Shown one piece after another: positions 38,926 through 50,807 of a DNA stretch of 64,000 nucleotides (the first letter of the stretch is position 1; every line of letters starts with the position of its first letter). This DNA comes from Octopus vulgaris (Eukaryota): assembly GCA_951406725.2 (NCBI GenBank), contig OX597833.1, positions 36,704,001-36,768,000 of the forward strand, in the 5' to 3' direction. The position numbers and the translations under genes are program-made. Below the pieces are notes generated by a model that saw only the letters and a program-made list of their open reading frames with translations, was not told the DNA's origin and did no database searches.

Positions 38926-39479
38926 TAGTGCTGGCAGGGGAGGTTAGTGTTGGTTGTGGTGGTTAATAGTGCTACAGTAGGTTAGCGACGGTGGAGGTGA
39001 TTGTTGGTGATGGTTGTTGCTTAACCCAATCCAGTCCTGACCATATAGACATGATCAAAGGTCTTAAAACTATGAGCGTGACCTGCCTTTTTTTTCATTT
39101 TTATTTCTTTATTTTTCTTTTCAAGAAACAATTCCCAGGTGTTTTCGACACTCCATATATAATATACTTTTTCATCAGTGAAGAATATGATTTCAAGGAG
39201 ATTTAGTTGCTATTTCCAGTATATCGAGCGGCTGCATAAGGCGTCCCTTCGTGACTCGGATGGTCGGTGGTGTTTAGTTGTTGTTGTTGTTGTTGTTGTT
39301 TATCCTCCAGTCATCGAGCAGACGGACATTCAATCGTGACTGTCTTTCAAGTATTGTTTATGTATTTAAAAAAAGAGGTCCAGTTTGAGGGCAATTCGGC
39401 TGTTGCAGATTGTGAGACAATGTAGAGACTTCGCACTAGACTGTAACAGTTGGTGAATTAACATGATGTTCCTTCGTAA

Positions 39480-40085
39480 TGTACGAATTTTCCAACCTCT
39501 TATGCACCCAATAGGCGCAATTATGGCGGTTAACTGAGTCATTTGATTTAAATTGTAGCCACATCACACCAAACAATCTTTACATCTTCACATCTTGCCA
39601 AGTACCACTCAAAAAACCCCACTCTTCAGTTAGAATTGTCTTCATTGAGAGCAAGGACTATTCTTGGAATGTAGTTTTTCCAATACTGCGCTTCAAAATG
39701 CGACGGTCGCTAGATTTTAAAATTCCTGTCTCATGACTCGCTTGCTGCACCGACTTTCTTGCACCCTGGCAATACGTTTCTAGTTCACTTTCTTGTTTTG
39801 TGGAGCTCGTTGATGTCTGCGGTCTTCTGAAATATTTCTTGTGAACATTTTGCACAGTTCCATCTGCTTCAACTTATCTCTAATTCTGGAGCTAGTAAGT
39901 CGCATTAGCGAACTTCTTTGAAATTATGTCTTAAACTCTCTTTGCACTTCGACAATATTTTCAAAATTTCAGTCACACTTTATTTTAAACTTCTTTTGTT
40001 CAATGTTTAGTCTGGCACCCTTCATTACTTTTAATCGGATAAATCTAAAAGAATAAAAATTAAGTATGTGTGGGACACACTGTGT
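39480..40085 (-). mobile_element. Tc1/mariner transposase N-terminal remnant
   Basis: ARLNIEQKKF...FENIVEVQREF...EADGTVQNVHKKYFRRPQTSTS, with a terminus-like cagtgtgtccca at about 40071-40082. Confidence 0.65.
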
Positions 40086-40092
40086 ATGTGTG

Positions 40093-40135
<43 letters not shown>

Positions 40136-40394
40136 TTTTTGTATTTGGGTTCCAAGATTCTTTGTGTGAATTCGTGTGGTGAAGCATATTTTATAGTGTG
40201 TGGGGAGAGTCATTCTCTTTTTGTACCTTATTATTTAAAACACTTATCGGCTCGATTTCCACTCATTTACTTATATTTTCTAAAATTTATGTTGCATCTT
40301 GCAACCTTTTAAATAGTCGTTGCCTCTGTCCTTTATCAGAGCTGCGTTCTCTTTGTTTGTTTACATGTGTGCGTCAGTGTGCAAGCGTATACAC

Positions 40395-40425
<31 letters not shown>

Positions 40426-40679
40426 TGTATGTATGTATGTATGTATGTATGTATGTATGTATGTATGCATGTATGTATGTATGCGTGTGCGTGTATGTGC
40501 ATATGCATATGTATGCGTACGTTTGTATGCATATATGTATTCTGCATATTCATGTGCTTGTGTGTTCATGTTTGCGTATCTGTATGTGTGTGCATGTATG
40601 TATGTGTATGTATGTGTGTGTGTTTATTTGTGTGTGTACCTCTAGATTTTACTATGGAAAAATGCATTGAGATTATCTG

Positions 40680-41445
40680 TGAAAGAGAAGTAGAGTTCCG
40701 TGAAGTCAACACGAGGAAACTGGGCATCCTCCTTAAACTAAGCTATGACTCTACCTAGACAACCATGACCATAGTAGATTCTGCGCCACCAGGTCACAGA
40801 GAGGAAGATCACCCACCATCACCTCGGCAGTGAAGAAAAGCACAGCAGAGCGCTGGAGTGACTGGACTCTAACCATCTAAGACACTGAGAACAACAGTTA
40901 GGTGAAAAGAATGATTTCTCATGCAATAGGGGCAAGCATAAGAACCACCTTGAAGTACCACATAGTAAAGTTTAACAGGAAACTATACATGCAGGTTCAA
41001 GGCGCAACCATTGGTGTCGGTGTGGCTGGAGATGTGGCCGGCCTCTTTAAACTTAAACAATACTTAGCGGAACAATCCACAACTGTTTTGCTTTACTGTA
41101 GGTATGTAAATGACATTAATATTCTAGTGAGGACAAACTCCGGTAACAGTGTTGTAGAAACTGAGAGAAGCATAATGGAGAGCATTTAGCACGTAGCTAA
41201 CTCCATCTAGCAAAGTATGAAGGTAACTATAGATTACCCCACTAAACACCCTAACAATAAACTCCCTGTCCTTCATACTGAACTTTGGTTAGAGATTGAA
41301 CAACAGAATTCTGCTCCTCCACTCCTGTTACATGAAATTCATAGCTTCTAAATATGTTGTTCACAAGAACTCAGCTTTGTCACACAAAATGAAAATCAAC
41401 ATAACGATAGCAGACTTAGTTAAGATGATGAAAAAATTATTGCGG
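40680..41445 (+). mobile_element. Penelope-like RT fragment
   Basis: FNRKLYMQVQGATIG, YCRYVND (RYVDD) and VTIDYP...KLPVL are PLE RT motifs. Confidence 0.75.
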
Positions 41446-43329
41446 ACAAGACTTTAATTTGTCCCTCTCCAAATCTTATAATCTTACCTAATCATTTGAA
41501 AATTAGACTCATGATTGATTTTAACGATTACCGCACAGTTAGAATTTCTGAAGCCACGTATTCCATTTTTTTTTTTACATCACCATTTAAATATATTTCC
41601 AAGTTCGACTGGGCTTTTGTGCGATAAAACATTTGCTTGTTATTTAAGTAGAAGTAGTATTAGTGGTAGTTGCTGTCTCTGATGTTATTGTCCTTGTTCT
41701 ACACACGAACAAAACCGAATATTCACGTAATATAGTTGCCTCGAAGGAAATTTATATGCCATAGGGAATATTGTTTTGGCAATTAAAAATCTCCGGAGAA
41801 TATAGCGGAAATATACTTACTTATATATGTATAAAGCAAATAAAGATAAAGAAAGAAAATATAATGAAATCCACTTAAATAGAAATACAATCCACTGAAA
41901 TAGAACAGACTGATTTACTATACAGAAATGGGACAAACTCACATACAATGTACTAAAATAGGACAACGTAACATACATAACGTAGGGGAAAACAATTAAC
42001 ATACAATACACTAAAATATGATAAAGTAAATTGACTTACAATATACTGGGATTGGACAACCTAGCTTATAATACTTTGAAACAGGAACAAACTATCTTAC
42101 ATTACACAGTTCCAGCTGCTAGAGCCAACTACACAAATACTCACTTCCAGACCCTAAGATGGATATACAAAATTCCAGAGTATAACTCTAACAGCATCCT
42201 GAAAACCCTTCTTTCTCACTCATTACAGGCAAACCTAAACAAAGAAATGCACACAGAAAATAGGGTCTAAATCTCTCTCAAATCAAACTCTGCCATTTTT
42301 GTATAGGAATAACATACTCAGTCCTCTATATACATATATATTGGAAAGTGATGTTGTGGCCATTAGCTGGAATTCCTTTGATCACATATAAGTCTACATA
42401 GTTGGGTAGACCTTCGGCTAAACAACAAGAACACCATCAACACCACCACCATTGCTTTGTAATATAAATGCCGCTGTCATAAACGACCACTACCAACATC
42501 ATTATCAGTATCTTCATCTTTATAAGCCCATACCAACCCTATTATCATGACGATTCAGAGCACCATCAACACCACCACGATCATCACTATATCATCAACA
42601 CCATTAACATACCCACCAACCTCAACACCATGAAGGGACCTCTGCATGGGGTACCTTTAAATACATGTGTGCTCAATCAAAGCTATACCGATGCTAAATA
42701 ATAGCAACAACACCGTCAAAACATAACATGAAGACCGTCGCTACTATTACCAATAACACCACCGCTAGCATTATAACCAGCGTCGTTTTGTTAATCGATG
42801 TTAGATACTTTGGTATGAAGTCTTCGCAAATCTTATCTGTTCTGTGTTGTCTCCTGCTTTCTACTCCATCTCCTCTTAATCACTTTTTTTTGCTATCCTT
42901 TTTTTCTTCTTTCTCATCTTCATCTTAGCTGACATTCTGCTGTTTTTGTGATTTTACCATCATCATCATCTACATGAAGTATATCTGAAATATTCCAATA
43001 AAAGAATTATAAAAGGAAATGTGTTTAAATAGGAAAAAGCGGCAATACAGGAATTAAAAGGTAGGAACTAAAAATTATCGTCATAAAAATATTAATATAA
43101 AATTAATTATGCGATTTAAAAAAATAATTCTCAACAATTACACATATTATATAGTCTTATTTATTATGTATTTCGTTAGTGTATTGATCATTCTTGTTGT
43201 TCAATTCTAAAATAACCGGATCAAGCGCATCCATTGTTACATTATATGTAGTACAACAGAGTACGAGAGGTATTTGAGGAAATGCATTTGAGGAAATGCA
43301 TTGCAACTTAAATCTAGCAAAAACCAAAC

Positions 43330-43475
43330 GTATTTTAATAAAAAAATGATTGTGCACATACTTTCGATAAGTTTCCTTATGGAATCATTCTATGATCACA
43401 CCTTCAGCTTTGATGATTGTTTCAATGCTGGATTAGAATCTTTGATATGCATGCACTAAATGGTCCTTATGCAGT
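43330..43475 (-). mobile_element. Tc1/maT transposase C-terminal remnant
   Basis: KDHLVHAYQRF*SSIETIIKAEGVIIE* resembles the RIEAVIxAEGGxIE C-terminus. Confidence 0.6.
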
Positions 43476-43494
43476 TCACACATCACATACACAA

Positions 43495-43729
43495 TGGCAG
43501 CCAGCTGGCAGAAACGTCAGTTCGCCGGGGGAAATGCGTCGCCGTATTTCGTCTGCCGTTACATTCTGAGTTCAAATTCCACCGAGGTCGACTTTGCCTT
43601 TCATCCTTTCGGGGTCGATAAATTAAGTACCAGTTAGGCACTCGGTCGATATAATCGACTTAATCCGTTTGTCTGCCCTTGTTTGCCCTCTCTGTGTTTA
43701 GCCCCTTGTAGGTAGTAAAGAAATAGGTA
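43495..43729 (+). mobile_element. SINE family A, full length (tail type 1)
   Basis: Matches 23341-23576. Confidence 0.9.
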
Positions 43730-43739
43730 TTGTGTGGGT

Positions 43740-44836
43740 ATCCATAACCTCCCTTTCAACAGACTCTCTATGAAAACACAAATAGTGACCGGTGTTCCAC
43801 AGGGCACTGTCTTGGGACCACTGCTTTTTATAGTGGCCGTCTCAGATATGCCCTCAAATGCCCGGATAACCACCCTTGCAAGCTACGCAGACGATACGAA
43901 AGTCTCGCAGAAAATACAGAACCCCAGCGATGTTGCACATCTGCAGCAAGATTTGGACTCAATTTACAGATGGGCTGTGGATAATAATATGCAGTTTAAT
44001 GCCGAAAAATTCCAAGCCCTGCGCTACCATCGTCCAAAACTGAATATGAAACTGACAGGGTACACTGGTCCACAGGGAATTTCAATCCCAGAGTTTGAAT
44101 CAGTGAGGGACCTGGGTATCGACATGAGTGATGATACCTCTTTCCAAGTTCAGATTACCAGGATGGTGACAAAGTGCAGACTACTGGCTGGATGGATCCT
44201 GAGAGCATTCAGAACCAGAGATAAGGAAACCATGATGGTCCTCTGGAGTACATTCGTCCTCCCGCCTGGATTATTACTCACAGCTATGGTCACCCACCAG
44301 TGTGAAATTAACAGCGGACCTTGAAGCAATCCAGAGAAGATTCACAAAGAAGATCGTCTCTTTGCAGCTGCTCAGCTACTAGGATAGGCTGAAACAGCTA
44401 AGACTCTACTCCCCGGAGAGACGCGGGAGAGGTATGCAGTAATATACATCCGGAAGATCCTGGAAGGATTTGTGTCAAATTTTGGCATTGAAAGATACAC
44501 CAATGTGCATAGTGCCAAAGATCCCAGGAATGCCATCGCGCTTCAGGACTAGTTACTGCAACAGCCTGGGTTTCAGGGGTTCACAGCTTTTTAATATTCT
44601 CCCAAAGAGCCTGAGGAACCTGCACAAAGGAGATGTAGTCTACTTTTTTAAATCTTCCTGTCGAGAGTCCCAGATGACCTTACCTCACGGCAAGAGGTGG
44701 AAATGAGGGTAGCAACATCAAACTCCATTCTTCATCAAGTGCCACATATTGGAGGAGGCTCTCAGTAATAACAGTATAGCAAAACGGTGGTGCATCAGCA
44801 TGGCCGCAGCTCTGAGCTGAAACTACAGAAAAAAAA
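43740..44836 (+). mobile_element. CR1-like LINE, 5'-truncated RT and 3' end
   Basis: ORF 43734-44324 contains GVPQGTVLGPLLF, YADD, LQQDLD, FNAEKF and RDLG. LFNILPK follows, and the element ends in a hairpin tail plus an A-tract. Confidence 0.93.
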
Positions 44837-45075
44837 TATATATATACTAATTTAGATTTATTTATATATTTATATATTAATATATATATATATATTAATA
44901 TATATATATATATATTAATTTATATTTATATATATATATTTATATTTATACTTATTTATGTATATTTATATATATACATATATACATTTATATATACATA
45001 TATCTATAAATACATATATATATATGTATACATATTTATATACATATACATTTATTTATGTATATATATAAATAA

Positions 45076-45188
<113 letters not shown>

Positions 45189-46005
45189 GAAGGTCACAAT
45201 TGTGTACGCCTGTTTGCGCGACGATTGAAATGATTGACATCCCACCTTTAGGAGTTATCTTCATATTCCGTCGGAAGGAATTATATAATTTTATCCTGTA
45301 AAGCATAACTATAGTTAAGCTAATTTTTTCTGGTGTTAACATGTATTACCACTAATCTAAGTTCCACTAATCTAAGTTCCAATACAATCATTTAAATATT
45401 TTCATACACGCACATTATACCTATTTAGATATGCACAGCCATCAAATCAGTGAGCATGAGAGCTTTACGTATTTGGTAGCATTTGCCAGTGAAATAGGTT
45501 TAAAATGTTTTCGTTTTTGGGAGCCTGGAAGAAAAGTATAATCCTAATCTATCTTTTACCCACAACTACCCGAGAATATCATTAATTATTTGAAATGCAA
45601 TTATAGTTTTTTTGTTATAGGCTGGAATATTAGTTTCGTGTGCTGTTATTGGGCACGATAACTTTTAGCTTCACTGAACTTTTCAACATGAAACGCTAAG
45701 TTATTGTTGCCATTATGTTAGCCGAGACAGATTCTTTTTGCTTCAGAGAAAAGTAGCGATCAGTGAATAGATATAACATTTTTCGTATTTTATGTTTTAA
45801 AATAATTTCCAACATCGTCCACATACTTTTCAGTGCTCATAATCCATCTATATTCGCAGCACTAGCTTCTTTATTCTCTCAGAAATAATTGATTCTGACT
45901 GAAATATTAGCCACATATGTATGCATAGCCTTTATTTAATTTTTTTATACCTAGACACCTTGACACCTTGCCAACTGTTAAGTAATTTAAACGTTAAATT
46001 TTAAA

Positions 46006-46220
46006 TACTCTTTTACTCTTTTACTTGTTTCAGTCATTTGACTGCGGCCATGCTGGAGCAACGCCTTTAGTCGAGCAAATCGACCCCGGGACTTATTCTT
46101 TGTAAGCCCAGTACTTATTCTATCGGTCTATTTTGCCGAACCGCTAAGTGACGGGCACGTAAACACACCAGCATCGGTTATCAAGCAATGCTAGGGTGAC
46201 AAACACAGATACACAAACAT

Positions 46221-46283
<63 letters not shown>

Positions 46284-46448
46284 TATATACGACAGGCTTC
46301 TTTCAGTTTCCGTCTACCCTATCCACTCACAAGGCATTGGTCGGCCCGGGGCTATAGCGGAAGACACTTGCCCAAGATGCCACGCAGTGGAACTGAACCC
46401 GGAACTATGTAGTTGGTTAGCAAGCTACTTACGACACAGCCACTCCTG
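46006..46448 (-). mobile_element. SINE family B, full length
   Basis: Reverse complement of 15371-15797. Confidence 0.92.
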
Positions 46449-46492
46449 TTGATTAAATAAATATCGTTCTGGCAATATGTGTGTGTGTGTGT

Positions 46493-46570
<78 letters not shown>

Positions 46571-48686
46571 TTACATATTTATATATATACACACACACAC
46601 ATATCGATTATATGGGACGATAATTTATATCAAAGTCTTTGATCATGTGGAAGATGGGTGACCCGAAATTCTGATTAACAACGTCTTAATATTACTGTTT
46701 CATATGTCTGTGTTTGTGAGCGTGCGCGTGGTGTGACTGTGTGCGTGTTTGTGCGTGTGATTGGTGTGTACAGTAAATTGTTTGCTTGTTCATAGAATCA
46801 GAAAGAACTACTCAGTCCAGCAAGAGGTAGAAATAGCTTAATGGATACAGGATTGCTGCTCAGATAGTGCAGTAATCAAACGGGATTTATAAAGTTCTGT
46901 GTACAATCAGGCATACGTTTAAGCTCAAACGACATGCCCATTATTTGAAGAAATGCGAGAAGTGTGAAAGATTACGAGAAATAAAAAACGTTACGAAACG
47001 TTTCAAAGCAAAAAGGGTAAAGCTTGTGTTCTTTTACCCCGTTAAATGAAGAATATTGTTAATATTGAGTGTTTACATATAGAATAAACTATGCTTAGTT
47101 GGGGTAGTCGAGTGGGAAAAAGGCTAAAGTGCATTTAACTTGTAAAAAATTTCTAAGTTCAAGTTTAGAAGATTGGTGCAGCTTCTCGATCTAAGAAGAT
47201 TGTGTACTTTCAGCTATACAGAACCTGCAGTTTTTTTTTTACCAGTTAATGTAAGACTTAGGATCTCAACGATACACCACTTGATGGCGTGTGGTATACA
47301 GAGACCTTGCGACCTTCCAGGTTTCAGATATTGCTTGCTAAGTCAACATTCATTATAAAAAACTGGTTGTTGATGTATCTTTTTTTGATCATTTTCACAC
47401 AGCCTAGTATGCGTGTGTATGAGTGTGTGTGCGTGTATGTGTGTATGAGTGTGTGTGTGTGTGTGTGCATGTTTGTGCGTGTCTGTGTATGTGTGCCTGC
47501 ATAAGTGTATGTGTATACTTATATAAATATATATATGCATATATATGTATGCATTCATGTATATTTGTAGGTAAGTAGGTATTCCTGCATGCGCATTTAC
47601 ATATTTGCATTCAACTATTTGCATGCTCATAAATATATTTATAGTCACATATAGTCATTTTTATAGGTATAAACTCTTACATTTGTACGAGTATGTACAC
47701 GAATCAATAATTATACGTTTAAAATAACTATATACATAATTACATTCAAATCGTGCATTCATATGAAGAAAAATTGAAATGCTAAGCTGTGACATTTTTC
47801 AATGTTCACAAGTAGATTTCACATGCAACTAGAAACAATCGTGATTAAATACTGTAAATTGGTGGCAATGTGATATTTACAGAGATTTTCCAGTAGGTCG
47901 ATAATTTATGTACGCACGTACTCACACATGCGCACCCACCCACACATAAATATGCACACAAACTCACTCACATCTACATATAGAAGAATGTGTGTGTATG
48001 TGCGCGCGTGTGTGTGTTTGTGTGTCTGTGTTTGTATGTACGTATGTAATGGAGATACGGTAAATCCCAGATGTTTCCTTTCGAAGCACATCTGCTTATT
48101 CCATTATTACAATCAAATATGCAGGCTCCATTTTTGTTATATGTTAGTCAAAATACGTATTAAAATTGAGAATTATGGAAGTATTATTTACAGAGTTAGT
48201 GTGTGACAAAGCAGGCAATTGGAAGTCTATTGATACTATTTATTCGCCATTACACGTGTTTCATTTGCTAATACGAATTACAAAGTTTTAGATGTTAGAT
48301 TTATGTTTCCTAATAGAAATTCTGCAGAAAGGGAAATTAAATAGACTTTGTAATTCCTATTAACCAATGAAACACTTGTAATGATGAATAAATGATATAA
48401 AAACATTTCCAACATCCTGTTTTGATTTATATATATATATATATGAGCATAGCAAAATATCTCAGCACCCACTTCCATGTATTGTATTTGTATAGTGCGT
48501 ATTAGTAAGAGATAGATTCCTGACTCATTGAAGTAATCTCTGCTCACAGACCCAACGTTTGGAACAAATTCCACCAAAGTTTGTTTTTTTTTTTATAGAA
48601 AGAACGCTTCAACTTCTCTTTTTACCCAGTAATAAAAGAAGTTGGTATATTCTTTCTGAATAAACGGATAAAATACTCGTACACAC

Positions 48687-48744
<58 letters not shown>

Positions 48745-48899
48745 GCGCACACAGACGCACATGTATATATATTCAGTTTTAGTCTTTTCTTCTTTTCTAC
48801 TTTACATAAGTGTACTGTAAATGTTTGCCTTTTCGGTTTTAAACATTTTTTTCCCTTTCATTTTATTTCTTAGATCGTTGAGATAGATCCCTTTAAATT

Positions 48900-49090
48900 C
48901 TTTCACATTTTGATACAAGGCCCAGAAATTTCAAGAGAGACGATTACATAAAATCTCAGAACGTGACTAGTACTTCATTTTATCGACTCCCATAAAGAAT
49001 AAAGGACAAATTGATCCCGTCAGATTTTGAACTCACATAAAGCCTGACGAAATGTTGCTAAGCATTTAACGACAGTGCCAGCTCGCTCGC
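48900..49090 (-). mobile_element. SINE family A (tail type 2), decayed
   Basis: acaaggcccagaaattt...tagtacttcattttatcgac...ttttgaactca...tgccagctcgc. Confidence 0.65.
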
Positions 49091-49507
49091 TTAGATCACT
49101 CTTTAAATTAACATTTCAATTAGAATTTACTTATCATATTTTGTTAATATTTTTTAGATTTATTAACATTACAACTATTAAGGGAGTCAATATCCTGCAA
49201 AGCAATGATGATATGTTAAATGAAAGTAAAAATTTAAATGTATGAAGAAGACCTCTGAAACAGTTATATATATATATATATATAAAGCAAAAGCTAGGAT
49301 AAGTTAGAAAAGATACGAAAACAAATTCAGAGCTAGTTTAATATCTGAATCTTCAGCAAATTTGCAACACAACCTGGATACTCAATAAGTAAAATAAATT
49401 CTAATTAATCTCGTCTTCGCATGTCTTACTAAGCAGAGATATGCATTTGTAAAAAAGTATGCATGAGGGTTCTAGATATGTTTGTGTGTGTGTGTGTGTA
49501 TGTGTGC

Positions 49508-49542
<35 letters not shown>

Positions 49543-49578
49543 TAGGTGAGAGCGCACGCGGTTTTATCTGTATGTGTG

Positions 49579-49641
<63 letters not shown>

Positions 49642-49642
49642 G

Positions 49643-49694
<52 letters not shown>

Positions 49695-50039
49695 GCGTAT
49701 GCCTATGTATGAGAGAATTATGATGTATGTATGAGACTGTGTACTTATGTGTCAGTGTGTGTATGTGTGTGCGTGCGTGCGTGTACATGTACGTATGTAT
49801 TATAATTGTATACATGCATATGCATAATTATATGAACTCATAAACACACACGCACATATGTATGTATATAGACATACATGGATATTCAAAATATAATTAA
49901 AAGTAAATTTCATTCTGCATGTACCATGAACATTCCTCAAATGATTTTTATGGACCTGTTGTGACTCAAACTGCTATAACTTTGATTTTTAAACATATAT
50001 ATATGATTGTATATATGTATATACTTATGTATACATGTA

Positions 50040-50371
50040 AAGGCGCATGGCTCAGTGGTTAGAGCGTCGAGCTTACGACCGTGAGGTTGTGAGTTCGAAT
50101 CCTGGACCGGGCTGCGTGTTGTGTTTTTGAGCAAGACACTTTATTTCACGTTGCTCCAGTTCACTCAGCTGTAGAAATGAGTTGCGACGTCACAGGTGCC
50201 AAGCTGTATCTGCTGTTGCCTTTCCCTTGGATAACATCGGTGGCGTGGAGAGGGGAGGCTAGTATGCATGGGCGAATGATGGTCTTCCATAAACAACCTT
50301 GCCCGGACTTGTGCCTGGGAGGGTAACTTTCTAGGTGCAATCCCATGGTCAGTCATGACTGAAGGGGGTCT
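50040..50371 (+). mobile_element. SINE family D (tRNA head plus CORE-like segment), full length
   Basis: A box tggctcagtggt, B box gagttcgaatcc, CORE-like ttgagcaagacactt...cagttcactcagctgtagaaatg, tail ccatggtcagtcatgactgaagggggtc. A head-only copy lies at 50492-50528. Confidence 0.9.
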
Positions 50372-50735
50372 CATGTATACGTGTGCATATGTGTGTATAT
50401 ATGTATGCATGTATGTATATACGCATACATATATACATACACATATATATATATACAATATATATATATATGTATATAAATGTGTGTGTGTGAAGGCGCA
50501 TGGCTCAGTGGTTAGAGCGTCGAGCTTAGATTGATTGATTGATTGATTGACTGATTGATCTCCCTATTTGTATATAAGCCATTGACCAGAGATTCAATTC
50601 GTTTTGGTTTGATCCGAGCCCGTGATACTGATAAGTCACAATAATGGCGAAATATCGGTATCTACCACTCTTGGATTCAATCCAAGTGGTCTACGACATT
50701 CAGGTTTTCTTTAGCACTCAGTGTTGTGTAGAGAG

Positions 50736-50807
<72 letters not shown>

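Noticed and set aside
38620-38928. Poly-Ala/Gly or poly-His/Arg ORF resembling a transcription-factor low-complexity exon
   Set aside because: Fully explained by GGT/GGC repeats, with no flanking domain or splice support.
50040-50115. tRNA gene candidates at SINE heads (also 31166 and 15371)
   Set aside because: A and B boxes are present, but they continue into multi-copy SINE bodies and I could not build a full cloverleaf.
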